Below, piece by piece: positions 39,131-47,632 of a stretch of DNA of 62,924 nucleotides. The stretch is from positions 1-62,924 of the forward strand of contig JALVMN010000375.1 in the NCBI GenBank assembly GCA_027027005.1, written 5' to 3'. Numbering within the stretch: position 1 is the first letter of the stretch; every line of letters starts with the position of its first letter. The notes beneath the pieces are model-generated. The model did not search any database, was not told where the DNA came from, and saw only the letters and a program-made list of their open reading frames with translations. This DNA comes from Desulfobacterales bacterium. Its GTDB lineage: Bacteria > Desulfobacterota > DSM-4660 > Desulfatiglandales > Desulfatiglandaceae. The translations under genes and the position numbers were made by a program.

Positions 39131-40665
39131 GACCTCCCCTCCTTTATGGTGTAAAGATAGTCAGCAAGCAGGTCCTTTTCCTGGGATGTTCCCTCAAAGG
39201 GGGGCATTTCATCTGAAAGTTCCTCCAGCCTGTCCAGCATATCTCTAAGGGTGTCCCTGTCTCGATCAGCAATCAGCTCTCTCATCTCTTCAATGGAATG
39301 GCAGGAGGAGCAGTTGTCCTCGAACAGTGTATCGCCCCGTGTGGGTAATGCGGCGACAGGAGGGAGTTCTTTTTCGATGGGTTTTCCGTGGAGCCCTCCC
39401 ACAATGAAGGCAGCAAGTGCCTTGGCCTCCTCCTCGGTGCCTGCAAAGGGGGGCATGAAGTATCGCACCCGGTGTATCCTCTCTATGTATTTGACCATGC
39501 CCCGAAGGCTCATCCCCTTGGTCCTAACAACGATGTCATTATTAATACCCCCGATGGTGTGGCAGGCATAGCACTGGTGGATGAATATCTCTCTGCCGGC
39601 ATCGATTAGTTTGCTTTCTGCAACATTCCGATTCTTAACCCACTTGGCCATCTTCAAGAACCCTGTCTCGTTTATCTGAGGGAGGTCATTTTCAAATATC
39701 ATGTTTGAATACATGACTTGATTTATCACATAGGGTCGTCTTGCAGCCTCCCTGGTCCACTCAAAGGAGCCCATGAACAGAAGCGCGCTCACAAAGACAA
39801 CGAGAGAGGTGATCTTGTTGTTAAGCTTGGGCAGCACCATGCCTGCAACAATAGAGACGACGATGATCGCAACAAGTGAGCCCAGGCCCCAGAGCTTGGC
39901 TACTTCTATGGTGGGCGATTTGCCCATAATCAGCTCCTGGGCAGGGGTGGGAAGGGCCTTCAGATACCAGTAAGCAGAGGGGATGATGCCTGCCACTGCC
40001 ACCAGGCACCACTTTGCAGAAAACCTGGTCATTTGGACTCGGACCACTCGGTCCTTTGAAAAGGATGAAGTCACATAACCGAATGCCCCTGCCATGAGAA
40101 AAGCGAGAAATGTCCTGAAGAACATGGAAGGAAGAAAGCTCGGGTTTAAAAAGCCTGACCAGAAGTTTTGATCTTGAACCCATCTACCTGGAGTCAACAT
40201 GAAGGCCACTATCCCGTTTATGAGGACCAGGCTCATCCACGCGCTGAAGAAATACATCCAGCCGATCTTTTGGTGTGAGGAGGGTTCCATCTTGCCGAAC
40301 ATGTAGAAATAGATAAAGGCGGCCAGGATCTCCACCACGAAAAACACCCATTCAGCGGCCCATCCAAATACAAAGTTGTGAATCAAAAGGGAGGTGGCAG
40401 CAGGATTGACAAGAGAAATGATCCACCATATTCCAACGCCTGTAATAGACCCATAGACAAGGGTAACCAGGATAAAGAACTTTGCGTGCGATCTGGTGAA
40501 CTCCAGGATCTTGCCGCTCCTCTCCTTTAGCCCCTTCCTTTCCGCAAGAACCAGGTACAACCCGCCGCCCACAGCAAAATGGGCCACAAACACGTGGGTT
40601 ACTGCTATGAGGGCAATCAAGCTCCCACCGCCTATGGCGGGTAGAAACCACGCAGGATAGTTCAT
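39127..40665 (-). CDS. Cytochrome bd-superfamily subunit I-like protein fused to two C-terminal monoheme cytochrome c domains
   Basis: By-eye alignment to E. coli CydA: ALIAVTHVFVAHF vs ALTAMYHFLFVPL; GWAAEWVFFVVEI vs AIEGLMAFFLEST; REAARRPYVI vs EYGRQPWAI. CYACH at 39559-39573 and CSSCH at 39298-39312 (minus strand). Confidence 0.65.
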   Translation of the reverse strand: MNYPAWFLPAIGGGSLIALIAVTHVFVAHFAVGGGLYLVLAERKGLKERSGKILEFTRSHAKFFILVTLVYGSITGVGIWWIISLVNPAATSLLIHNFVFGWAAEWVFFVVEILAAFIYFYMFGKMEPSSHQKIGWMYFFSAWMSLVLINGIVAFMLTPGRWVQDQNFWSGFLNPSFLPSMFFRTFLAFLMAGAFGYVTSSFSKDRVVRVQMTRFSAKWCLVAVAGIIPSAYWYLKALPTPAQELIMGKSPTIEVAKLWGLGSLVAIIVVSIVAGMVLPKLNNKITSLVVFVSALLFMGSFEWTREAARRPYVINQVMYSNMIFENDLPQINETGFLKMAKWVKNRNVAESKLIDAGREIFIHQCYACHTIGGINNDIVVRTKGMSLRGMVKYIERIHRVRYFMPPFAGTEEEAKALAAFIVGGLHGKPIEKELPPVAALPTRGDTLFEDNCSSCHSIEEMRELIADRDRDTLRDMLDRLEELSDEMPPFEGTSQEKDLLADYLYTIKEGRS

Positions 40666-40677
40666 GGTGCCACCCCA

Positions 40678-41607
40678 TTATGAAGGTTCACGCCTTTTGT
40701 CTCCCAGGTGTTTTCTCATGCTCAGCCACATGAAGTAAATTATCATAAAGGTCGTAACAATTGCAGCAGGAAGAGCAGCCTTCTTGCCAAACAATACCAA
40801 AGCGATCCCTGCTGCCGTGCCGGCATTCTTAAGGGTTCCCAAGAGTTTGATGCTTATGCGTCTGGCTGGATCCAGGCCCAGCCGTCCTGAAACAAAATCT
40901 GTGAGTGCGCCCAACAAGAAAGTTGATGAAAGGCAAACGACAAGTAAAGGAGCAATCACATCCAGGTCATTGAAAAACACCTTCCTGTTCAGCCCTATGA
41001 TGGTATAGATCACCACAAAAAAACCCCAATTGGTGATGGTTCCTTTGTGGGGCAGGATGGGCCTGTCAGCCCCGAGGAATATCAAGATCCTTGAGGCCAC
41101 GATGGGGGCGATCACCAACTGGCCCAAGATAATCAAGACCTTTACAGGATCTATGATAGTTGTTCCCAGGAAGGTCAGGCAAATCAGAGGCGTTATTACG
41201 AGCCCGCCGAGATAACCCCCGATTGTGGCCATCAGAGAAAAGGCCGTATCACCCCCGAGCAGCCCTGTAAATGGTATCACAGCCACAGCCGGAGGTACCG
41301 AGGCCACCAGCACGATCCCGGTCCACAGCATCTCATCAGAGATGAGAACTCTTCCCAGTCCAATGAGGACTCCTGCCTGGACCACGAAGTTCATTAACAA
41401 TCCCGTCAATATGGGAAGGGTCATGGAACGATTTACCCTGAAAAACTCGCCTGGAATACCAAGGGTGGAGACCGTCATCACTATGGCAAGGGCTGGCAGC
41501 ACTGCCCATTTGGTGACAGCCGCCCATTTACCAAGAAAGAGTCCACAAAAGATAGCCAGCGAAAAAATAAAGTTCCTGTTACGGAAGCATGAAATCAAAC
41601 GGTTCAA
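40678..41607 (-). CDS. BASS/AEC-superfamily-like transporter
   Basis: 309 aa, about 10 TM helices. The block ASVPPAVAVIPFTGLLGGDTAFSL resembles the SBF CPGG..S....LA.GD.ALS motif. Lies 12 nt upstream of the bd-like gene. Confidence 0.4.
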   Translation of the reverse strand: MNRLISCFRNRNFIFSLAIFCGLFLGKWAAVTKWAVLPALAIVMTVSTLGIPGEFFRVNRSMTLPILTGLLMNFVVQAGVLIGLGRVLISDEMLWTGIVLVASVPPAVAVIPFTGLLGGDTAFSLMATIGGYLGGLVITPLICLTFLGTTIIDPVKVLIILGQLVIAPIVASRILIFLGADRPILPHKGTITNWGFFVVIYTIIGLNRKVFFNDLDVIAPLLVVCLSSTFLLGALTDFVSGRLGLDPARRISIKLLGTLKNAGTAAGIALVLFGKKAALPAAIVTTFMIIYFMWLSMRKHLGDKRREPS

Positions 41608-42122
41608 GGCATACCTCTTACAAGTGAATTCTTCGGGCGATGTTTCCTTATATCAAGGGTCATTTAATAATGGAAGGGAATGAGGGAATGGGTTCTTCGG
41701 AAGTGGAGACAGGTCTTGAAAACATTGTAATCCTCAATTGTTAACAATCTGCTCAGTGGATAATAGCCATCAGTTTGCTTTGGATTCAATTCTTGGCCCT
41801 GAAAAGCATCCTTACAGGGTGCGCTGTCTATATATACTGCTCTTGCCTGGTCATGATTCAAGGAAATCACCTGCCGTCCGATAAAAAATTAGCTGATTAC
41901 TTTCGCTTTCTTCAATCTTGAACGACGCTGGGATCGGCATAGGGGCAGAAATAACCCCTTCTGCTCTCCGATCTAGCTTGATTCAATAGTCTGTGAGTTT
42001 AAAAGGGTCAGCGAGCCAGGGTGAATGCTTAAGCTCTCTTCGTTTTTGTGTTGTCGCTACCAGAAAAAAATCGGCAACCGACTATACCCCACAAACTTAT
42101 TAGGGAAAAAAGGAGGGTGATA

Positions 42123-44435
42123 ATGCTTCGTGCTTCAAGGTGTTATTATGCTTCTTTGGGGATACTATTTTTTGCTTTCTCTGCTTTGTTTATTTGGAAC
42201 AGTGAGACGGCTGCATCCCCCTTTTATCATAACGAGGCTCACCATTACAGTCTTGAAATACCAGCCGGATGGGAACAAAGCACGGAATCTATCAGTCAGG
42301 GCTCTGACTTAACGTTGGTTAACAAGGACATGGGAGTCGTTGTAGATATCCAATATCTAGAGGAATCCGAGCCGTCAGCATATGAGGAGTATTGCAGGCT
42401 GATGGAGGATTTCTTTCGTAGTGATAAGGACTTTGATCTGCTCAAGACCAGGCACATGGATTTGCCCCGATTGGACACCAAGGCCTTTATCCTTTTCCTA
42501 AAGGCTAAAGACAAGAGCCATATCCGTGCCGTGGCCTTTGTTCCGCGCTCGCTTGGGCCCGAAAACCGCGTGCACTATCTTGTAAGGGCCATGGCCCGGC
42601 CCAGCAGAAGTAAACAGGCAGAGCATGCCCTCGAAGAAATACTTGGCAGGCTGAAACTTGAGCAAGCTGACACAGGCGATGGGACCATCAAATACAGCGA
42701 GTCACAAGAACCTGATCCCGAATACCAGGTGGTGGGCACGAGATATTTTTCGTTTTTGATCCCCAAGGACTGGAAGGGTGACGTCAAGGAAGGGGAAGAG
42801 CAATACGGGATCATTTGCCATTTTTCCAAAGGAGATGTCGAGTTTTTTCTCAGATCCAAGGCCCTGATTTCATATCCCGGCACTGCCATTGAAAAGGTCC
42901 TGGAAAGAGAAATCAAAATGCTGAAAATGATCTATGATGAAGTGGTCCTTATTTCCAAGAATCAGATAAAACTCTCATCCCGCACAGCCTTAGAGGCAGA
43001 ATTCAAGTATAAGAATTCACGAAAAAACAGAAGAGAAACCTTGTTAACTTTGATCACCAGAGACCCCCATGATGACAGCCTATATTATAGCCTTAAACTG
43101 ACAATCAGCCCCGGCCAGTCCTCCAATGCCATTGCTTATGGAAGAAGGGTATTTGAAAAGATAAAGGAGAGCTTCCTGTTTGAGTCGGCCACAAAAAGGT
43201 CCTCAGGATCAAAATTGAGTCAGAAGCCACAGCTAAAGGCTGAGAGAAGAGAAAATGAGGGGAATAAAATAAACAGCCAGAAAGTCTATGTTCACGAACA
43301 ACACGGATATAGACTCAAGATACCAGCCGGGTGGGAACGGGTGGAGGATTCGCCCATCGAGGCAGCGGATATCACCCTTGTAAACAAGAAAATGAAAGTG
43401 GTGGCAGGAATACAAGTGGTGGAGGAGGACTCATCCTTTTCTACAAAAGAATACTTCGAGCGCCTCGTCTCTCTATTCCGCAGTGAGAGCAGCGACTTCG
43501 AGGTCTTGGGCACCAGCAGGGGGGAGTTCCAAAACCTTGGCAGAGATTGCTATATCATGAAGATCAGGGGCAAGGATGGATCCCAGGTAAGAACAGCGGC
43601 GATAATATCGGCCTCACCCAATGAGATAGGGTCCTCCTTTTACATCGTCCTGGCTGTATCAACAGGGCACGACGCGGAAAACACCGAAAAGGCGATCACT
43701 GAGATATTGCCTAATTTGACCTTTATGCCGTATCGGCCATTGACTCGGTCAAAGGGGATCAAAGCCACCCCCCAGGTATTTGAGATAAAGTTTGCAAAGG
43801 GTATTGAAAACGGCAAGCCTTACGGGATAAGCAGTGTTTTTGATCCTGACACAAATCCCATCTATGTATGGTTCAGGTATAAGAATATCCCAAAGGGGAG
43901 CAAGATCAGGTGCATATGGCACTATCTGGGCAGAGGCAAGCCTTACAAGATTGGTGAGGGTGGAGTTGACACAGTGCTGGAGTCGGACTGGGTTCAATTC
44001 AATTACGAACTGGCAGCGGGAAAGAAGTGGCCTTCCGGCAAATACCGGGTTGACATTATTCTCGGCTCTAAGACGCTTGATAGCGCGTTTTTCGAGGTCA
44101 AGGAGACAGAATTATCAGCCGATGCCTCCCACGTGGAAAAAATGACCCCATTTTATATTGTGGAGAAGTTGAATCAATTGATTGTCAAGACAATGCGCCC
44201 TTCCGATTACCTGCCCTATCTGGACGAGGAAAGCCAGCGCCTGGTAATGGAAAGTCCAGATCTGTTAGCTTCTTTTCTTAAAAGATTTCGAAATGTTCAG
44301 GTTGACGCACCGTTTGAGATCACGCAGATATTAGCCGATGGTCCCGACTATCTCGTGTCCACAAGGTCCGGGTATTCACTGAGGTTCAGGAGGATAGAAA
44401 ATGACGAGAATTTCAGGCTTGCTCTGTGGTATTAG
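42123..44435 (+). CDS. Secreted/anchored protein of unknown function with repeated (F/L)xIPxxW domains
   Basis: ATG at 42123 follows AAAAGGAGGG, then an N-terminal hydrophobic anchor. Modules start YHNEAHHYSLEIPAGWEQ, TRYFSFLIPKDWKG and YVHEQHGYRLKIPAGWER (PsbP/DcrB-like pattern), followed by a C-terminal beta-sandwich-like segment. Confidence 0.5.
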   Translation: MLRASRCYYASLGILFFAFSALFIWNSETAASPFYHNEAHHYSLEIPAGWEQSTESISQGSDLTLVNKDMGVVVDIQYLEESEPSAYEEYCRLMEDFFRSDKDFDLLKTRHMDLPRLDTKAFILFLKAKDKSHIRAVAFVPRSLGPENRVHYLVRAMARPSRSKQAEHALEEILGRLKLEQADTGDGTIKYSESQEPDPEYQVVGTRYFSFLIPKDWKGDVKEGEEQYGIICHFSKGDVEFFLRSKALISYPGTAIEKVLEREIKMLKMIYDEVVLISKNQIKLSSRTALEAEFKYKNSRKNRRETLLTLITRDPHDDSLYYSLKLTISPGQSSNAIAYGRRVFEKIKESFLFESATKRSSGSKLSQKPQLKAERRENEGNKINSQKVYVHEQHGYRLKIPAGWERVEDSPIEAADITLVNKKMKVVAGIQVVEEDSSFSTKEYFERLVSLFRSESSDFEVLGTSRGEFQNLGRDCYIMKIRGKDGSQVRTAAIISASPNEIGSSFYIVLAVSTGHDAENTEKAITEILPNLTFMPYRPLTRSKGIKATPQVFEIKFAKGIENGKPYGISSVFDPDTNPIYVWFRYKNIPKGSKIRCIWHYLGRGKPYKIGEGGVDTVLESDWVQFNYELAAGKKWPSGKYRVDIILGSKTLDSAFFEVKETELSADASHVEKMTPFYIVEKLNQLIVKTMRPSDYLPYLDEESQRLVMESPDLLASFLKRFRNVQVDAPFEITQILADGPDYLVSTRSGYSLRFRRIENDENFRLALWY

Positions 44436-46011
44436 TCTGATTTTTCTAGCAACACTCCTATTCATCTTACAGGTGCCGCAAGAATTGAGAGCCCAGGTCA
44501 TCTGGAAGCCTGGAGTCTATCTGGGAAAGGACGTAAGTTCAATGACAGATGAGGAACTGGAGGAGAACATAAAAGATGCCGCAAAAAATTATTTGTGGTG
44601 GAAAAAGGCTGCCGAGAAAAAGGGCAAGACCAAATCTCACCGAGCCGAGCTTTACAGAAAAGGGCTTGATGAATTGATGTACGTGGTAAAACTCAGAAAG
44701 CTAAGGGCTTCGAAACGCATTCCCAAGGCTAGGACGCCCGAAGAGCGATATCGCACAAGAGAAGAATACCTCAGGCTGAACAAGCTTGAGGATATTTGCT
44801 GGCAAAGCCTTAATCCTCAAAAGTCGGGCTGGATCATGACCATGGACGACATAAACGAGGCTATACAGGAAGATGGTCTGAAGAACTTAAACCCTGTCAC
44901 ATTCCTTAAGAACATGGCCATCAAGAAGTGCGAAAAAAGCTTCTTGAGTTACATGGAGCGAAAGGGGGTGCCTGAGCCAATCGCAAGGGAGCAGTGGGAA
45001 CTCCTTTCTGGAAAGGGAGCAACAAAGATAAAGACACCCATCGAGCATGCTGCTGAATACTTAGAAGATAAACTTGTTGATAAAACGAGGGAGCTATTGG
45101 ATGCCAAGGCCTATGAAAAAGGCTTTATCAGGAAGCGATTCACTAAAAGAGCATTGGACAAGTTGAACATTATCGCCATGGCCTCCGAAGTTTTCCTGGC
45201 TGCTGAAAGGGCATACCTCTATTCTCAGAGCAACTATGAGGATCTTATCGCTCAGGTAAACAAATTGAGGGGAAAGGGTTTGAGCGATGAGGAGATTGTC
45301 AAATGGTACAATGACTCTGAGTTTAGGAAAAAAATTCGTAAACAGGCCCTGGAGCAAAACCGGATAAAGAATGAGATGTTGAAAAAACAGGCCAATGAAA
45401 AAGCCATTGCCGCTTACAAGTATCATTTGGCATTGCGTCACGCAAAGCGCACCATTGCAGAAGCCAGGGGGGTCGCCCCTGACGATATATCAGGACAGGA
45501 AGCTGAGCGTTACCTCAATGAGGGAGAATACAGGAAAAAGGTCGACACAAGGGTATATAGACTCCGAGAGGCTCGGCGCACCCTAGCACTTGCGAAGATG
45601 AAACCAGCATACAAGATATCCAGAGAAGAGCTTGACAGATTTCTTGAAGACCCGGAGTTCAGGAAGCTTTCGCTCAAACAGGCCAGGGAAAATTCTTTGA
45701 GGATGCAACAAATGAGGAAGAAAGGTCAAAGTGAGGCAGGGTTGGCCAATACTGGTGGACAAAGCACGATTGACCGAGACGTCCCGACAGAGATTGAGCA
45801 AGACAGCAATCCAGACCATATAGCCAATAACCAAAGACGGGTGCAAGAAATACTTGATTCCATTCCTACACCACCTGTTGTGGAAACCCCTGAAATGAAG
45901 AAGCTCTCTGACATGGTGGACAAAATCACATCAAACACACCCCCTCCCAAAGGGATAAAGGGCCTCCAAAATCATCCTGTCTTCAAAAAGTTCAGCGGCT
46001 CTCAAAACTAG
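44401..46011 (+). CDS. Secreted Lys/Glu-rich coiled-coil repeat protein, function unknown
   Basis: AGGAGG RBS and signal peptide MTRISGLLCGISLIFLATLLFILQVPQELRAQ. Three repeats of [LI]S-x-(E/Q)E-x3-[WYF]-x-(N/E)-(D/E)-x-E[FY]RK. Overlaps the upstream gene by 35 nt. Confidence 0.5.
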   Translation: MTRISGLLCGISLIFLATLLFILQVPQELRAQVIWKPGVYLGKDVSSMTDEELEENIKDAAKNYLWWKKAAEKKGKTKSHRAELYRKGLDELMYVVKLRKLRASKRIPKARTPEERYRTREEYLRLNKLEDICWQSLNPQKSGWIMTMDDINEAIQEDGLKNLNPVTFLKNMAIKKCEKSFLSYMERKGVPEPIAREQWELLSGKGATKIKTPIEHAAEYLEDKLVDKTRELLDAKAYEKGFIRKRFTKRALDKLNIIAMASEVFLAAERAYLYSQSNYEDLIAQVNKLRGKGLSDEEIVKWYNDSEFRKKIRKQALEQNRIKNEMLKKQANEKAIAAYKYHLALRHAKRTIAEARGVAPDDISGQEAERYLNEGEYRKKVDTRVYRLREARRTLALAKMKPAYKISREELDRFLEDPEFRKLSLKQARENSLRMQQMRKKGQSEAGLANTGGQSTIDRDVPTEIEQDSNPDHIANNQRRVQEILDSIPTPPVVETPEMKKLSDMVDKITSNTPPPKGIKGLQNHPVFKKFSGSQN

Positions 46012-46049
46012 AACAAACGGATTGGCGAAAATAACGGATTGAGGATCGA

Positions 46050-46534
46050 ATCATCATTTCTGCCTGCTGCAGGCGGGTGGGAAAATTCCCTGGGTCTTTA
46101 GAATCTTGCGAAGTGTGTAGTTCAGTGACTCTATAACATTAATGGAATAGATTCCCCTGTAGATCTCTGGAGAGTGGTCAAAGAATACCGTGAGCCTTTC
46201 TCAGTCTGGGCTCCAACTAGGAGAAATGGCAGGATTTCTCATCCCAGGGCCTGGAGAATTCGTCTAAGGCCCGAGTTGGCCTCCTTAGGGGTGGCTGCAC
46301 CACCTGGGGCTCAGGAAACATTGCCTCAAGTGCCTCAGGCAGACATTTCAACCCATCTACACAGGCCACAAAGCAGTCCTTCATATCCCGGTTCTGAGGT
46401 ATGTCCAGATTAGGCGATATCCGCCGTTTATGGTTCATGAAACTCACAGTTGTGCCCAAATGGCCTCCCACCGAGAGAGCACAGACCTGAGGGGGAAGTT
46501 TTTCGATGCAATCAAGCGCAAGCCTCCACCTCAT
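46050..46534 (-). pseudogene. IS256-family (Mutator-type) transposase remnant
   Basis: DCFVACVDGLKCLPEALEAMFPEPQV matches the IS256 block ILIACVDGLKGFPEAIEAVFP. In another frame INVIESLNYTLRKILKTQGIFP matches TNAIESLN.LRK..K..G.FP. N-terminus missing, with an internal deletion and frameshifts. Confidence 0.65.
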
Positions 46535-46607
46535 GTAACACCACTAGCGGATTTTTGGGATTAAGTGTCAGATTTGATCGTAGCTAAGGCAGTTGTTATA
46601 ATCCTTG

Positions 46608-47066
46608 TTACTTCTTTGATACGAGTTTTTCAAGGATTTCCAGGTCTGCCATATCTTGGGCCCTGCCTGAAGCTTTTTTACTTGTGATCAAGTCCAGAAG
46701 GCTGATGAAGGGTACCTCTAGCTCGCCGTACTTGCCCATAACCCGATTTTTCCATACAGTGGAAAAGTCAACTCCAGGAATGGAAGTCATCAAATCTACA
46801 CGAACAGGTTCGTATCCTAGTTGGATTATTTGTCCCGGCTGAATGAAGTCTTCCTCAGACAGCCCTAATGAACCAACTCCGAAGTCATCGAGTGCTCTTA
46901 GGAGATTCCTGGCATTGGACCTGGAAGGCTCTATGAAGATATCCATATCCTTGGTGTACCTGGGTTTGCAATGGAAGGCCAACGCAAAGGACCCTACGAT
47001 GCAGTACCTGACCTCATTTTCGTTCAACGATCTTAATAGATCTTCGTAATCCTTTTCTATCCTCAT
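46608..47066 (-). CDS. Minimal nucleotidyltransferase-fold protein (AbiEii/DUF6036-like)
   Basis: VRYCIVGSFALAFHCKPRYTKDMDIFIEP (G[SG]-x9-D-x-D NTase pattern). Start taken at MRIEKDY. Confidence 0.5.
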   Translation of the reverse strand: MRIEKDYEDLLRSLNENEVRYCIVGSFALAFHCKPRYTKDMDIFIEPSRSNARNLLRALDDFGVGSLGLSEEDFIQPGQIIQLGYEPVRVDLMTSIPGVDFSTVWKNRVMGKYGELEVPFISLLDLITSKKASGRAQDMADLEILEKLVSKK

Positions 47067-47226
47067 AGCTTCTAGCTCCGGTGAATTTAACGTGCACATC
47101 CCTCAAAAGTTGAACAATGTCTAGCCGTTCTTCAGGGGTCATGGCCAAATAATATTCCAGATCAGCTTTATTCTCTTGTTCAAGTCCGCTTATCTTTTTT
47201 ACCCAAATCTTCTTTTTCATTGCCAT
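47014..47226 (-). CDS. Small partner protein of the nucleotidyltransferase (antitoxin-like)
   Basis: 70 aa, overlaps the NTase gene in another frame. GGGGGT RBS upstream of the ATG at 47226. Confidence 0.35.
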   Translation of the reverse strand: MAMKKKIWVKKISGLEQENKADLEYYLAMTPEERLDIVQLLRDVHVKFTGARSYEDRKGLRRSIKIVERK

Positions 47227-47419
47227 CCTATTACCCCCGTAACTCCTCGAGTCCATAAATGCTATCTTAGCTTTCTTACTGCAATGGAGTTAAAAGGGCA
47301 AGTCAAGCGGAAAAACGATTATGAGATAAGGGCAGTCCTAAACGGTATTGCCAACACCTAACCTGATGTAGGAGGTAAGATTAGTATTGCGGCCGCTAAG
47401 CCCCCAACTTCTAGAACCG

Positions 47420-47451
47420 AAAAAGGGTTGCATATCGATGCAACCCTTTTT
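47420..47451. terminator. Bidirectional Rho-independent terminator downstream of tRNA-fMet
   Basis: AAAAAGGGTTGCAT-atcg-ATGCAACCCTTTTT: perfect 9-bp GC-rich stem flanked by A/T runs on both sides. Confidence 0.7.
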
Positions 47452-47478
47452 GCCTTTGGGAAGGCAGATATTTTCTTT

Positions 47479-47555
<77 letters not shown>

Positions 47556-47565
47556 ACATTTTTTT

Positions 47566-47594
47566 ATTATATTCACTCGGGTCCTGATAGTCAA
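47566..47594 (-). promoter_or_regulatory. Sigma70 promoter of tRNA-fMet
   Basis: Minus strand TTGACT, 17-nt spacer, TATAAT, ending 10 nt upstream of the tRNA 5' end. Confidence 0.7.
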
Positions 47595-47632
47595 CCGCTG
47601 GGGGAAAGATTTAGCTTGAACCGTGCTATGAA

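Noticed and set aside
41608-47478. Search for an att-type direct repeat of the tRNA-fMet 3' end marking the distal island border.
   Set aside because: By eye no copy of GGTTCGAATCCGCCCCCCGC or a long sub-string occurs in 41.6-47.4 kb. The nearest look-alike (ggattgaggatcgaatc at about 46036) is too divergent. The island hypothesis therefore rests only on composition and content.
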